A stretch of DNA of 64,000 bases from Gammaproteobacteria bacterium (GTDB lineage: Bacteria > Pseudomonadota > Gammaproteobacteria > SZUA-140), in assembly GCA_026982565.1 (NCBI GenBank), contig JALSGV010000074.1, positions 331 to 64,330 of the forward strand, written 5' to 3'. Position numbers and translations under genes: made by a program. Below the pieces are notes generated by a model that worked only from the letters and a program-made list of their open reading frames with translations, had not been told where the DNA came from and did no database searches. This document shows, one piece after another, positions 10,920 to 22,084 of the stretch; within the stretch, counting starts at the first letter, position 1; each line of letters opens with the position of its first letter.

Positions 10920-12830
10920 TCAGAGATTTTCCTGAATGATCTCGATCTCGCTGCGCTTTCTGATACCATCCAGAGTGCCGTTGCCGATCTGGGTTCCATA
11001 TTTTCGCAAGATCAGATTTTTGAAATCGTCGGCATCTTCTTCACCCCCGGCTGCCTCGCTGCTGCGCACCGCCTTGACGGCGATGACCGCATAGTCACCG
11101 GATGCCAGCGTGACACCCGCCGTACCCGCTTGATCTGAGGCTGGTGGTACAACACTGAATGCCGCTCTCAGCACCTCGCCCGGCACTGAGCTGTCATCCC
11201 GTTTGACTGATTCCGCCTCATGCCATTCCAGCTTATATTCCCTTGCCAGCGCGACGGGGTCCTCGCCTGCTGCCATGCGCTCACGGAGAGTCTCTCCCAG
11301 ATCCTTGACCTTCTCCCTCGCGGCATCGCGCTCCAGGCTTGCGACGATTTCATCCTTCACTTCCTCCAGCGGCCGGTGGCTGGTGGGCCGGTGATCCTTG
11401 ATGCGCAGGACGACCACATGGTTGGGAGCGAGCGTAACCGGCTCACTATTGTTACCGGCTTCCATCACATCGGGACTGAAGGCCATGGCCCTCACCTTGG
11501 GGTTGGCGGCGATGCCCTGCCCCGCATGACGGCTGAATAAGGGAGTAGTCTTGATCTCCAGCTCCAACTCCTGGGCAGCGACTTCCAGGGTGTCGGGTAC
11601 TTCATAGGTAAGATCGGCCAGCCGTTCGGCAAGGTCGTAGAATTGATCTTCCGCCTTCAACTCCCGGTACTCCTGCTCAAGGGCATCCCGCACTTCCTCG
11701 AAGGTCTTGCCCTGGCGCGCCTTGATATCGGTCAGCTTGATGATGTGATAGCCGAAATTGGTCCGAACGGGCTCGCTGATATCCCCCACGGCCATGCTGA
11801 ACACGGTATCTTCGAACGGTTTGACCATCATGCCTCTTCCAAAGAAGCCGAGATCCCCACCCTCCGCGGCGGAGCCCGGGTCCTGGGATTCCGCCTTGGC
11901 AATCTCTCCGAAGGATTCTCCCGCGCGGATGCGCTCCAATAATTTGAGTGCCTTGTCGCGGGCCGCCTTGTCAGTGGCTTCGTCCGCATCGGGATCAACG
12001 GTGATGAGGATATGACTGGCGCGCCTTTCTTCCGCCTGTATGAAGTCAGCCTGCTGCACTTCATACATATTGCGCAAAGCCTCCTCATCCACGTCGACAT
12101 TGCCTAACAGATCCGATGCCGATATTTCCAGGTATTCAATGCTGACTTGCTCCGGCAAGGCAAAGCGATCCAGGTTGCTCTCATAGTAGGCCTTGATATC
12201 CTCATCGGTAGGAGTGATGTCCTCGCTGAAATCCCTGGCCGGCAGGATCATGTAGCCGATGTCACGCTCCTGGTTAACCAGGGTGGCAATCTCCTGCAAC
12301 TCCTTATCGGTGGCGAATTCACTGCCCGTGATGCCGGAAATCAATTGCTCCACCAACATGTCCTGCTTGACCTGGGCCTCGAACTCCTTTTCAGTCAGGC
12401 CCATGCTGTTGAGAATGCGGGCGTAGAGTTCGCCATCGAAACGGCCATCACGCTGAAACTGGGGATTCTGTATGATTTCCCGCGCCAGTTGCGTATCGCT
12501 GATGCGCAGTCCCGCCTCAGCGGCGGCCTGGGCGACGGCCTCAGAATTGACCAGGCGATCGATGACATCCCGTTTGATGAGGGCATCGTTCAACAAGGAT
12601 GGATCGGCATTCTCGCCCAGCAATTGCTGGCGGCGCGCCCTTTCCCTTACATAGACGCGCTGGAATTCGCCCGTGGTGATTTCCACGTCGTTCACTTTGG
12701 CAACCACGGTGTCGGCGGCTCCGCCGCCAAAATAGGAATTGATTCCCCAAAAGGCAAAAGGGATGATGATGAGGATGACAATCAACCAGGCAAAGAAGCC
12801 CTTGGCATGTTCCCGGATAGTGTTCAGCAT
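10920..12830 (-). CDS. ppiD: Periplasmic parvulin-type chaperone PpiD
   Basis: N-terminal TM anchor, SurA-like N-domain, ERRASHILI...SQDPGSAAEGGDLG...FGYHIIKL rotamase; downstream of hupB as in the conserved locus. Confidence 0.92.
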   Translation of the reverse strand: MLNTIREHAKGFFAWLIVILIIIPFAFWGINSYFGGGAADTVVAKVNDVEITTGEFQRVYVRERARRQQLLGENADPSLLNDALIKRDVIDRLVNSEAVAQAAAEAGLRISDTQLAREIIQNPQFQRDGRFDGELYARILNSMGLTEKEFEAQVKQDMLVEQLISGITGSEFATDKELQEIATLVNQERDIGYMILPARDFSEDITPTDEDIKAYYESNLDRFALPEQVSIEYLEISASDLLGNVDVDEEALRNMYEVQQADFIQAEERRASHILITVDPDADEATDKAARDKALKLLERIRAGESFGEIAKAESQDPGSAAEGGDLGFFGRGMMVKPFEDTVFSMAVGDISEPVRTNFGYHIIKLTDIKARQGKTFEEVRDALEQEYRELKAEDQFYDLAERLADLTYEVPDTLEVAAQELELEIKTTPLFSRHAGQGIAANPKVRAMAFSPDVMEAGNNSEPVTLAPNHVVVLRIKDHRPTSHRPLEEVKDEIVASLERDAAREKVKDLGETLRERMAAGEDPVALAREYKLEWHEAESVKRDDSSVPGEVLRAAFSVVPPASDQAGTAGVTLASGDYAVIAVKAVRSSEAAGGEEDADDFKNLILRKYGTQIGNGTLDGIRKRSEIEIIQENL

Positions 12831-12887
12831 TGTACGATCCCGCCTGAAATCTGTTGTCCGTATGGAAACGGGCTTCCTTGTGTCAGC

Positions 12888-12925
12888 AAAAAAAGGGCAC
12901 ATCATTCATCGTGAGTGATGTACCC
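12888..12925 (-). terminator. Intrinsic terminator after tRNA-Asp
   Basis: GGGTACATCACTCA-CGA-TGAATGATGTGCCC followed by T7 on the minus strand. Confidence 0.8.
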
Positions 12926-12937
12926 CATTCTCATCTA

Positions 12938-13014
12938 TGGCGGAGTGGACGGGATTCGAACCCGCGACCCCCGGCGTGACAGGCCGGTATTCTAACCAGC
13001 TGAACTACCACTCC
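12938..13014 (-). tRNA. tRNA-Asp(GTC)
   Basis: Cloverleaf with TTCGAA T-loop, anticodon GTC and encoded CCA. Confidence 0.97.
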
Positions 13015-13026
13015 TGATATAGGCTT

Positions 13027-13102
13027 TGGTGGGTGCTGAGGGACTTGAACCCCCGACATTCGCCTTGTAAGGGCGACGCTCTCCCAACTGAGCTAAGCAC
13101 CC
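13027..13102 (-). tRNA. tRNA-Val(TAC)
   Basis: Cloverleaf, anticodon arm CGCCC-TTACAAG-GCG, encoded CCA. Confidence 0.97.
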
Positions 13103-13146
13103 TGTTACTTCGGATCTTCACGATCCCATGCCATGGCATGAGGTCG

Positions 13147-13419
13147 CTATTTTATGGCATCTTTGAGTGCTTTACCAGCCTTGAAGACAGGTTGTTTGGA
13201 AGCCTCGATCTTTATTTCCTCCCCGGTCTGGGGATTACGCCCCGTGCGGGCTGCGCGATCGCGTACAGAAAACGAACCGAATCCGACCAGGGATACGCTG
13301 TCGCCCTTCTTCAGGGTCTTGGTTATTGCCGCCATCATGCCGTCGACCGCCCTGGCGGCATCAGCCTTGGAAAGATCCGCCGAAGCCGCGACGGCTTCTA
13401 TCAATTCCGATTTATTCAC
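13147..13419 (-). CDS. hupB: DNA-binding protein HU
   Basis: [11 protein letters not shown]...LVGFGSFSV...RTGRNPQTG...[10 protein letters not shown]; directly after lon. Confidence 0.96.
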   Translation of the reverse strand: MNKSELIEAVAASADLSKADAARAVDGMMAAITKTLKKGDSVSLVGFGSFSVRDRAARTGRNPQTGEEIKIEASKQPVFKAGKALKDAIK

Positions 13420-13503
13420 TTAGTATCCCCCATTAATTAATGCAGCCAGCCGTAACAAACGTGATTCCAATACATACAGCCTGTTCCAGCCAATGGACGC
13501 GAC

Positions 13504-13533
13504 TTTATACCAATGGCCGCCAACCCCTGTCAA
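13504..13533 (-). promoter_or_regulatory. sigma70 promoter for hupB
   Basis: TTGACA-N18-TATAAA with a TG extension on the minus strand. Confidence 0.7.
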
Positions 13534-13553
13534 GGCGGGCTTCCATCATTTAC

Positions 13554-13581
13554 AAAAAAGAGCGCAACGCATGCGCTCTTT
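13554..13581 (-). terminator. Intrinsic terminator after lon
   Basis: AAAGAGCGCA-TGCGT-TGCGCTCTTT ending in a T run. Confidence 0.75.
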
Positions 13582-13610
13582 AAAGGATTACCGGGAATCG
13601 GCGCGGCTGA

Positions 13611-16052
13611 TCAATGGGGCCGGATATGACCACCCTTCTTCAGCTTTTTCGAGATGCCCTTGCGCTCGATGATTTCCTCCTCTGATGCGCCATCGAGAAG
13701 GGGCTCAGGCATGCGCTGCAGGGCCGCTTGCAGTACCTCATCGATCCACTTGACGGGTTTGATTTCCAGGTGTTGCTTGATATTCTTTGGTATATCAACG
13801 AGGTCCCTGACATTCTCCTCGGGTATGAGGACAGTCTTGATGCCACCGCGATGGGCAGCCAGGAGCTTTTCCTTCAGGCCGCCGATAGGCAATACCTCGC
13901 CGCGCAAGGTGATCTCTCCCGTCATGGCGACATCGGCGCGCACCGGAATACCGGTCAGGGCCGAGACCAGGGCGGTACACATCCCGATTCCCGCGCTGGG
14001 CCCATCCTTGGGAATGGCGCCCTCGGGCACGTGGATATGCACGTCGTGCTTCTGGTAGAAATCGGCATCGATATCGAGCATCTCGGCGCGGCTCCTCACC
14101 ACAGTCATGGCCGCCTGCACGGATTCCTGCATCACATCGCCGATCTGCCCGGTGATCATCAGCTTGCCCTTACCTTTCATGACGGTTCCTTCAATGGTCA
14201 ACAGATCTCCACCCGTCTCCGTCCAAGCCAGGCCGGTGACATGCCCCACTTGGTCATGTTCCTCGGCCAGTCCATAACGAAAACGCTTCACGCCAAGATA
14301 TTTGTTCAGATTTCTTGAACTGACATGGGCCTTGTCACGCTTCTTGTCGAGGAGAATCTCTTTCACAACCTTGCGGCAGATCTTGGAGACCTCGCGCTCC
14401 ACGTTACGCACCCCCGCCTCTCGGGTGTAGTAGCGGATCATGTCGCGCACAGCGCCGTCGGAAATCACGATCTCTTCTTCCCTGAGACCATTGTCCCGAA
14501 TCTGTTTCGGTATGAGATAGCGCTGGATGATATTGCGTTTTTCGTCCTCGGTATATCCCGACAGGCGTATGACCTCCATGCGATCCAGGAGCGGCGCGGG
14601 GATATTCATGCTGTTGGCCGTGCACACGAACATGACATCCGACAGGTCGTAATCCACCTCCAGATAATGATCATTGAAGGCATTGTTCTGCTCGGGGTCC
14701 AGCACCTCGAGCAAGGCCGATGCGGGATCCCCACGGAAATCCATGGCCATCTTGTCGATTTCGTCCAGGAGAAAAAGAGGGTTGCGCGTTTCCGCCTTGA
14801 CGAGATTCTGGATGATCTTGCCCGGCATGGAACCGATGTAGGTACGCCGGTGCCCGCGGATCTCCGCCTCGTCGCGCACCCCACCCAGGGACATGCGCAC
14901 GAACTTGCGATTGGTGGCGCGCGCGATGGAACGCCCCAGAGAGGTCTTGCCCACGCCGGGCGGCCCCACCAGGCAGAGTATGGGGCCTTTCAGCTTGTCG
15001 ACGCGCTGTTGTACGGCGAGATACTCCAGAATCCTTTCCTTCACCTTTTCCAGGCCATAGTGATCCTTCTCCAGCACGGCCTCTGCACGCGCCAGATCAC
15101 GGCAGATCTTGGTGCGCTTCTTCCATGGCACATTCACCAGCCAGTCGATATAGTTGCGCACCACCGTCGCCTCGGCGGACATCGGCGACATCATTTTGAG
15201 CTTGCTGAGTTCCGAGTTGGCCTTTTTCCTGGCCTCCTTGGTCATGCCCGATTTGTTGATCTTCTGGGTCAGTTCCTCGATTTCATTGGGAACATCCTCG
15301 AGTTCACCCAGTTCTTTCTGAATGGCCTTCATTTGCTCATTCAGATAATACTCACGCTGGCCCTTTTCCATCTGGCGCTTGACCCGGCCACGCACCCGTT
15401 TTTCCACCTGCAACAGATCGAGCTCCGACTCGATCAGCGCCATGAGGCGCTCGAGGCGCTCCTGTACTTCCAGCAGTTCCAGCAATGCCTGGCGCTGCTC
15501 GACCTTGAGGGTCATATGGGCGGCGATGGTGTCGCCCAGACGGCTGGGGTCCTCGATACCGGCCAGTGAAGACAATACCTCGGGAGGCACCTTGTTGTTG
15601 AGCTTGACATACTGCTCGAACTGACCGAGCACCGAACGGCTCATCACCTCACCTTCGCGTTCCGAGGGCGCCATGGACTTCATGACAGCGATCTGGGCGG
15701 AGAAATATTTTTCCGTATCGACAAAACGTACGATCTTGGCCCGCTCCAAACCCTCGACCAGCACCTTGACGGTGCCGTCAGGCAGTTTGAGCAACTGAAG
15801 AATGGTTGCCACAGTACCTACCTGGTACACGTCCTCTGTGGATGGGTCGTCCATGGAGGCGCTTTTCTGCGCCACCAGCATGATCTGTTTGTCTGCTTCC
15901 ACAGCCGCATCCAGCGCCTCTATGGATTTTTCACGGCCAACAAACAGGGGGATGACCATGTGCGGATAGACTACGACATCGCGCAGCGGTAATACGGGCA
16001 GTATCTGCTGATCCATGTCTTTCAATACAGGTATGTTTTCGTCTTGTGACAT
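13611..16052 (-). CDS. lon: ATP-dependent protease La
   Basis: [27 protein letters not shown] (catalytic Ser), IGGLKEK. Confidence 0.98.
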   Translation of the reverse strand: MSQDENIPVLKDMDQQILPVLPLRDVVVYPHMVIPLFVGREKSIEALDAAVEADKQIMLVAQKSASMDDPSTEDVYQVGTVATILQLLKLPDGTVKVLVEGLERAKIVRFVDTEKYFSAQIAVMKSMAPSEREGEVMSRSVLGQFEQYVKLNNKVPPEVLSSLAGIEDPSRLGDTIAAHMTLKVEQRQALLELLEVQERLERLMALIESELDLLQVEKRVRGRVKRQMEKGQREYYLNEQMKAIQKELGELEDVPNEIEELTQKINKSGMTKEARKKANSELSKLKMMSPMSAEATVVRNYIDWLVNVPWKKRTKICRDLARAEAVLEKDHYGLEKVKERILEYLAVQQRVDKLKGPILCLVGPPGVGKTSLGRSIARATNRKFVRMSLGGVRDEAEIRGHRRTYIGSMPGKIIQNLVKAETRNPLFLLDEIDKMAMDFRGDPASALLEVLDPEQNNAFNDHYLEVDYDLSDVMFVCTANSMNIPAPLLDRMEVIRLSGYTEDEKRNIIQRYLIPKQIRDNGLREEEIVISDGAVRDMIRYYTREAGVRNVEREVSKICRKVVKEILLDKKRDKAHVSSRNLNKYLGVKRFRYGLAEEHDQVGHVTGLAWTETGGDLLTIEGTVMKGKGKLMITGQIGDVMQESVQAAMTVVRSRAEMLDIDADFYQKHDVHIHVPEGAIPKDGPSAGIGMCTALVSALTGIPVRADVAMTGEITLRGEVLPIGGLKEKLLAAHRGGIKTVLIPEENVRDLVDIPKNIKQHLEIKPVKWIDEVLQAALQRMPEPLLDGASEEEIIERKGISKKLKKGGHIRPH

Positions 16053-16149
16053 AACCTATTTCCTCAGCGACTTGACAAACCCGCCCCCGTGACGGGAAGG
16101 GCTGTATTATTTGAACTACTAACAGGAGATGATGCTCTCCTGAAAAGGG

Positions 16150-16178
16150 ATATGAGGCTGAACCGGCCCCTTTTCAAG
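16150..16178 (-). promoter_or_regulatory. sigma32 (RpoH) promoter for lon
   Basis: CTTGAAA-N14-CCTCATAT on the minus strand, matching the CTTGAAA-N13/14-CCCCATNT consensus. Confidence 0.8.
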
Positions 16179-16263
16179 GAAAGACAAGGACTATCTGCTA
16201 TTTCAGGAAGCGATATGCGTTGGCAAGGCGCCGCCATGCCCCAGGCATGGCGGATAAAGCACC

Positions 16264-17544
16264 TCAGTCCTTGCTCAACGATAATTGTTTTTCTCCGCCA
16301 TCGAAGATAAGGATCGGATCCGACTCGCCGTCGATGACGCCGGCGTCGATGACGACCTTGGAGACCCCCTCCAACGACGGCAGTTCGTACATGGTATCCA
16401 GCAGAATATGCTCGAGGATGGAGCGCAGCCCCCGCGCGCCCGTTTTACGCTCCATGGCCTTGCGCGCAACGGCGCGCAGGGCATCCTCGCGGAATTCAAG
16501 TTCCGTGTCTTCCATTTCGAAGAGCTTGGCAAACTGCTTGGTCAGCGCATTCTTGGGCTCGGTCAAAATACGGATCAATGCGTCCTCGTCCAACTCCTCC
16601 AGGGTTGCCACCACTGGAAGGCGGCCGACGAATTCCGGTATCAGGCCATACTTGATAAGGTCCTCAGGCTCCACCGAATAGAGGACCTCACCCACGCTTT
16701 TGGTCTCGTCCTTGCCTTTCACCTCGGCGGAGAAACCGATCCCCCCCTTCTCCGAGCGGTCACGGATGATCTTGTCCAATCCGGCAAACGCGCCACCACA
16801 GATGAACAGAATATTGGAGGTATCCACTTGCAGAAACTCCTGCTGCGGGTGCTTGCGCCCGCCCTGAGGCGGCACCGAGGCAATGGTCCCCTCGATCAGT
16901 TTGAGGAGGGCCTGCTGCACCCCTTCACCGGAAACATCACGGGTAATGGAAGGATTGTCCGACTTGCGGGATATCTTGTCTATCTCATCGATATAGACGA
17001 TACCGCTCTGGGCCTTCTCGACGTCGTAGTCGCACTTCTGCAACAGCTTCTGAATGATGTTCTCGACATCCTCACCCACATAGCCGGCTTCCGTCAGCGT
17101 GGTGGCGTCTGCAATGGTGAAGGGCACGCTGAGCAGGCGCGCCAGGGTCTCCGCCAGCAGGGTCTTGCCGCAGCCCGTGGGACCGATGAGCAATATGTTG
17201 CTCTTGGAGAGTTCCACGTCATCTTTCTTGACGCCGACTTCCAGGCGCTTGTAGTGATTGTAGACCGCCACGGACAGGACTTTCTTGGCGCGCGCCTGCC
17301 CTATAACGTATTCATCCAGGATGGCGTTGATCTCCTGCGGCACGGGCAGCTTGCTGCCCTTGAGGCCCGCTGATTTTTCCTGGACTTCCTCGCGGATGAT
17401 ATCGTTACAGAGTTCCACGCATTCATCGCAGACGAAGACCGATGGCCCTGCAATGAGCTTGCGCACTTCGTGCTGACTCTTCCCGCAAAACGAGCAATAA
17501 AGCAGTTTGTCGCTGTCTTCGCCCCTGTTTTTATCGTCACTCAT
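16264..17544 (-). CDS. clpX: ClpX ATPase
   Basis: CSFCGK...CDEC zinc finger, [11 protein letters not shown] loop, RKHP. Confidence 0.98.
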   Translation of the reverse strand: MSDDKNRGEDSDKLLYCSFCGKSQHEVRKLIAGPSVFVCDECVELCNDIIREEVQEKSAGLKGSKLPVPQEINAILDEYVIGQARAKKVLSVAVYNHYKRLEVGVKKDDVELSKSNILLIGPTGCGKTLLAETLARLLSVPFTIADATTLTEAGYVGEDVENIIQKLLQKCDYDVEKAQSGIVYIDEIDKISRKSDNPSITRDVSGEGVQQALLKLIEGTIASVPPQGGRKHPQQEFLQVDTSNILFICGGAFAGLDKIIRDRSEKGGIGFSAEVKGKDETKSVGEVLYSVEPEDLIKYGLIPEFVGRLPVVATLEELDEDALIRILTEPKNALTKQFAKLFEMEDTELEFREDALRAVARKAMERKTGARGLRSILEHILLDTMYELPSLEGVSKVVIDAGVIDGESDPILIFDGGEKQLSLSKD

Positions 17545-17715
17545 AGCCTACCCTGCCGCTTCATGATTTAACACAGACCGTCCCTGCAAATCTTTCCCGT
17601 GATCCTTGAGACTTCATCTGGCATTCAGGCGTCAGCCCGAATCCCCATCATTCTTTCCACTGCGCTGCTGATGTTCGTGTATCCGGCGCCCCATACCAAG
17701 TGTTCAGACTTTCTC

Positions 17716-17817
17716 CTAGGAGCCTGTCGGGTTTGGGATGAATCTGCTGCGGTGGTGAGAAATGGGTCCATTTACCACCCGCCTCGCTACGATCACCTAA
17801 ACCCGACAGGCTCCTAG
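17716..17817. mobile_element. Putative MITE (about 100 bp) with terminal inverted repeats and CTAG at both ends
   Basis: CTAGGAGCCTGTCGGGTTT ... AAACCCGACAGGCTCCTAG, 19 bp perfect including CTAG; no transposase ORF. Confidence 0.7.
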
Positions 17818-18440
17818 CGGCTCGTCAGCACTTCGTCGATCAGACCGTATTCCACGCCCTCTTCGCTGGACATGAAAAAATCGCGGTCGGTGTCGGCCTG
17901 AATCTTGTCAAGGAGTTGTCCCGTGTGCTTGACCAGAATTTCGTTCAGGCGATCCCGGGTGCGCAGTATTTCCCGTGCATGGATGTCGATATCGGTCGCC
18001 TGCCCCTGAAAACCACCCAGCGGCTGGTGAATCATCATGCGCGCGTGGGGCAGCGCGAAACGCTTGCCTTTCGCTCCCCCCGCCAGCAGCAGGGCGCCCA
18101 TGCTGGCGGCCTGGCCCAGGCACATGGTGCTGACATCCGGCTTGACGAATTGCATGGTGTCGTAGATGGACAAGCCTGCACTCACTGAGCCACCGGGCGA
18201 ATTGATATACAAATGGATATCCTTGTCAGGGTTCTCGGATTCCAAAAAGAGAATCTGGGCGGCAATCAGATTCGCCATATGGTCTTCCACAGGCCCGACC
18301 AGGAAGATGACCCGCTCCTTGAGGAGGCGCGAATAGATATCATAGGCGCGCTCCCCTCGCGATGATTGTTCCACCACCATGGGAACCAAATTCATTGAAC
18401 TCATTCCTTGTATCCCCTGCACAGTATTCGTATCGGTCAT
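17814..18440 (-). CDS. clpP: ATP-dependent Clp protease proteolytic subunit
   Basis: [46 protein letters not shown]. Confidence 0.98.
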   Translation of the reverse strand: MTDTNTVQGIQGMSSMNLVPMVVEQSSRGERAYDIYSRLLKERVIFLVGPVEDHMANLIAAQILFLESENPDKDIHLYINSPGGSVSAGLSIYDTMQFVKPDVSTMCLGQAASMGALLLAGGAKGKRFALPHARMMIHQPLGGFQGQATDIDIHAREILRTRDRLNEILVKHTGQLLDKIQADTDRDFFMSSEEGVEYGLIDEVLTSR

Positions 18441-18529
18441 TTGATTCCCACGCTTTAATTATAACCCAGTTAAAACAACTATTTTTAGTCTTGACAACAA
18501 AAAATCTGACACTTTTCCCCAGGCCGGGT

Positions 18530-19840
18530 TCAACGCTTGTTCTTCATCATCTCGTCAAAGGTGGTCGGTTCTTCCGTAACATCGGCATTTTCTGTAACCC
18601 AATCAACCACCTGATCCTCGAGGACGAGTGATTCGATGGAACCGAGGCGCTGCGGGTCGGCGTAATACCAGTTCATCACACTCTCCGGACTGTCGTATCC
18701 CGCTGCCACGGATTCCACCTTGGCGCGCACCACATCGGGCGCCGGCACCATGTTCTGCTGCTTGACGATTTCGGCCGTCAACATACCCAAGGCCACACGT
18801 TTTCTGGCCTGCTCCTCGAACATGGAGCGTTCCAGCTTCAGGTCGCCAAACTGTACCCCCTGGCTCTGCAGAGTCTCGCGCATCTGGGACATGGAGAGAT
18901 CGATCTGTTCCTCGACGCGGCCCTGAGGCAACTCGACGGGATTGGCCTTCAATAGGGCCTCCATGACCTGTTCCTTGATGTTGTCACGAATGGCCTGGTC
19001 GAGCTCGTCCTGCATGCTCTTGCGGATTTCCTCGCGCAGACTCTCGATGGCGCCATCGGGCACATCATAACTGCGCACGAATTTCTCATCCATTTCGGGC
19101 AGCACGGGCTCTGAGACAGAGTGTACCTTGACCTCGAAGACAGCCTCCTTCCCCGCCAGGTCCTTGGCATGATAGTCCTCGGGAAAGGTGACATTGATGG
19201 TGCGCTCTTCCCCTGCCACGGCCCCTTCGAGCTGCTCTTCGAAGCCGGCTATGAATTTTCCGGACCCCAGGACGATAGGCACCCGCGTACCTTCATTGCC
19301 CTCGAAATCCTCGCCCTCGATAGTGCCCTTGAAATCGATGGTCAATTGGTCGTCCGTCTGTGCCGCCCGTTCCACCTCCTGCCAGGTCGCCCGTTGCTTG
19401 CGCAGGTTTTCCAGCATATTGTCGATATCCTGCTCGCTGATCTCCGCCACGGGCTTGGTGATCTTGATATCCTTGACCGGCGCAATATCGAAACGCTCGA
19501 TGACCTCGAAGACGGCCGTGTACTCATAATCCTCGCCGGCCTTGGCCCCCGTCTCGCGCGGCTCGATACGAGGCCTGCTGGCCAGTTCGATCTTCTGCTC
19601 CTCGATGGCATCGCGGAATGTCGTCTGGGTCATCTCATTGATCACCTCCTGGCGGACATGAGGGCCGTAGCGCTTGGTCACCACGCTCAGGGGCACCTTG
19701 CCAGGACGGAAACCCTTGATCCTCACCGTGCGGGTCAGTGACTTGAGGCGACTGTCTACTTCTTTTTCAATCTGCTCCGCAGGGATGGTCACCGTCATGC
19801 GGCGCTCAAGGCCTTCGGTCGTTTCAACAGATACTTGCAT
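18530..19840 (-). CDS. tig: Trigger factor
   Basis: MQVSVETTEGLERR, GFRPGKVP ribosome-binding motif, FKBP domain. Confidence 0.97.
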   Translation of the reverse strand: MQVSVETTEGLERRMTVTIPAEQIEKEVDSRLKSLTRTVRIKGFRPGKVPLSVVTKRYGPHVRQEVINEMTQTTFRDAIEEQKIELASRPRIEPRETGAKAGEDYEYTAVFEVIERFDIAPVKDIKITKPVAEISEQDIDNMLENLRKQRATWQEVERAAQTDDQLTIDFKGTIEGEDFEGNEGTRVPIVLGSGKFIAGFEEQLEGAVAGEERTINVTFPEDYHAKDLAGKEAVFEVKVHSVSEPVLPEMDEKFVRSYDVPDGAIESLREEIRKSMQDELDQAIRDNIKEQVMEALLKANPVELPQGRVEEQIDLSMSQMRETLQSQGVQFGDLKLERSMFEEQARKRVALGMLTAEIVKQQNMVPAPDVVRAKVESVAAGYDSPESVMNWYYADPQRLGSIESLVLEDQVVDWVTENADVTEEPTTFDEMMKNKR

Positions 19841-19974
19841 GTAAATCACCTCAACTTAAAATAATGAATCAACAGTTTTTGTTGCCTGAATCCGCGGGTT
19901 CAGGCATGAGCGTCTCCACGACCGCCTTTCCGGTCCCGGCGGTCAGTATTCTGGCCTCGTAAGATCCAAGTTCA

Positions 19975-20059
<85 letters not shown>

Positions 20060-20286
20060 GCATCCCGCCGTGACGCAGGTTTGCTTCTGCCCCGCCACCT
20101 TGACAGCCCCGGCGCCAGCGCCCGGTATTATACTGGAATTTGCGGTAATGTACGCAAAAACAGTCACTATTAACCCGGCACGCAATGGCTGAATACGATA
20201 TATATTGTTGCCGGGTTGATAAAACAATCCGGAGAGCGGTTTTACAGGGAATTGGACGGGCAGCTTACGCTGCCCGGGAAGAATAA

Positions 20287-20362
<76 letters not shown>

Positions 20363-20415
20363 ATTATCTTTAGAAATCAATCATCCCGCACATGAAGCAC
20401 AGGATCATAGCAATA

Positions 20416-20492
20416 TGGGGTGAACGATGGGACTCGAACCCACGACAACCGGAATCACAATCCGGGGCTCTACCAACTGAGCTACGCTCACC
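20416..20492 (-). tRNA. tRNA-His(GTG)
   Basis: Anticodon GTG, G-1 present, encoded CCA. Confidence 0.96.
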
Positions 20493-20533
20493 ACAATTCT
20501 CAATACACTCTGTCCGCCTTCCCGCGGCACACT

Positions 20534-20610
20534 TGGCGCGCCCGGCAGGATTCGAACCTGCTACCCTCGGCTTAGAAGGCCGATGCTCTATCCAGATGAG
20601 CTACGGGCGC
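20534..20610 (-). tRNA. tRNA-Arg(TCT)
   Basis: Anticodon TCT, encoded CCA. Confidence 0.96.
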
Positions 20611-20672
20611 ATAAGCATCTTGCCAACCGTTCGACCGCCCTGAAGGCGCGCTGTTCAGTCTGTCCCTGCGCG

Positions 20673-20749
20673 TGGTCGGGGTAGAGGGATTCGAACCCCC
20701 GACATCCAGCTCCCAAAGCTGGCGCGCTACCAGACTGCGCTATACCCCG
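20673..20749 (-). tRNA. tRNA-Pro(TGG)
   Basis: Anticodon TGG, encoded CCA. Confidence 0.96.
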
Positions 20750-20802
20750 ATTCTAACGTGTTTTCCCGCCTCGCGACTACCCGGCGAGCCATAAGGGTGT
20801 GG

Positions 20803-20831
20803 ATAATACGCCGGGGCAAGTCTGTCGTCAA
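20803..20831 (-). promoter_or_regulatory. sigma70 promoter of the tRNA array
   Basis: TTGACG-N17-TATTAT on the minus strand. Confidence 0.75.
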
Positions 20832-20849
20832 ACCCTTTCCTGGACACGG

Positions 20850-22013
20850 CTAAACGGATTCACGACTCCCGGAAAGCAAGGGGGATACACCGGGACGCAG
20901 CCAGCGCCACGCGATATGGAGCGCCACGGCGCTGACCACGGCAGCCAGAAAATAAGTCGCCTGCGGCCCGATGGAGTCCCAGGCGTAACCACTGGCGAAG
21001 CTGCCCAGGGCCCCGCCCGCGCCGAAACTGAGACTGCTGTACAAGGCCTGCCCCCGCCCCTGGTATTGTCCGGAAAAATACTTATGAATCAATGAAATCA
21101 TCACGGCATGATAGACACCGAAGCTGGCCGCATGAAGAATCTGGGCAGTGACGACGAGTGCGGGATGGGTGACGAAGAAGGCGATGAGAAGCCAGCGCAA
21201 GGTGGTCAGCGCCAGACTGACCATCAACAACATCCTGGCCCCGAGGCGCGGCAGGAGGCGGTGCATCACCAGAAACACGGCGATCTCAGCGATCACGCCC
21301 AGGGCCCACAGTTGGCCCACTACGCTGCGCGCATAGCCATTGTCTTCGAGATAGATGGAAAAAAAGGTGTAATAAGGGCCATGACTCAGTTGCATCAGGA
21401 AACACAGCAACAGCACGGCCATGATCCCGGGCTGGCGCAGGGCATCGAAAATGGAACCCCCACGCCGTACCGTCTCGACATGCCCCTGTTCCGGCACGGC
21501 GAGGCTGCTCAGCCATATTGCCAGGAACAGCAGCATGAGCACCCAGGGCAAGAGGACGATTCCAAAACGCTCCAGAAAATACCCCAAACCGATGACGGCC
21601 AGAATGAATCCCATGGAACCCCACAGGCGGATACTGCTGTAGCGGTGAGTCTCGCTTCCCAGGTAATTCAGCGTCAGTGCTTCGAACTGGGGCAGGGATG
21701 CATTCCAGAAAAAGCTGAACAGACACATGACCAGGGCCAGCCACCAGAAGCCATTGCCCAAGAAAACGCCACCGAAGGCCACGAAGGCGAGCAGCGATGC
21801 CAGGCGCACGATGCCGATGCGCCGCCCGCTGTGGTCGGCAATCCACCCCCAGATATAGGGCGCGACGATCTTGGTCACCATGATGATGGCGATCAGGGCG
21901 CCGATCTGCTCCGCCCCAAACCCCAGAAACTTGAGATAGACGCTCCAATAGGGCACCAGGGCGCCAATGGCGGCGAAATAGAACAGGTAGAATCCGGACA
22001 GGCGGTAGTACAT
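20850..22013 (-). CDS. MFS transporter (HcaT/MFS_1-like)
   Basis: About 12 hydrophobic helices; WGWIADHSGRR, YSSIRLWGSMGF, GVIAEIAVF. Confidence 0.88.
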   Translation of the reverse strand: MYYRLSGFYLFYFAAIGALVPYWSVYLKFLGFGAEQIGALIAIIMVTKIVAPYIWGWIADHSGRRIGIVRLASLLAFVAFGGVFLGNGFWWLALVMCLFSFFWNASLPQFEALTLNYLGSETHRYSSIRLWGSMGFILAVIGLGYFLERFGIVLLPWVLMLLFLAIWLSSLAVPEQGHVETVRRGGSIFDALRQPGIMAVLLLCFLMQLSHGPYYTFFSIYLEDNGYARSVVGQLWALGVIAEIAVFLVMHRLLPRLGARMLLMVSLALTTLRWLLIAFFVTHPALVVTAQILHAASFGVYHAVMISLIHKYFSGQYQGRGQALYSSLSFGAGGALGSFASGYAWDSIGPQATYFLAAVVSAVALHIAWRWLRPGVSPLLSGSRESV

Positions 22014-22023
22014 GGGGTCAGGG

Positions 22024-22084
22024 TAAAGAGTAAAGAGGAAAGATAAAAGGGAAAAGTTCTTTTATCTTTCCTCTTTACTCTTTA
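22024..22084. repeat. Perfect 26-bp inverted repeat built from 7-nt units
   Basis: TAAAGAG TAAAGAG GAAAGAT AAAAG, 9-nt loop, then the exact reverse complement; overlaps the aroC stop codon. Confidence 0.9.
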
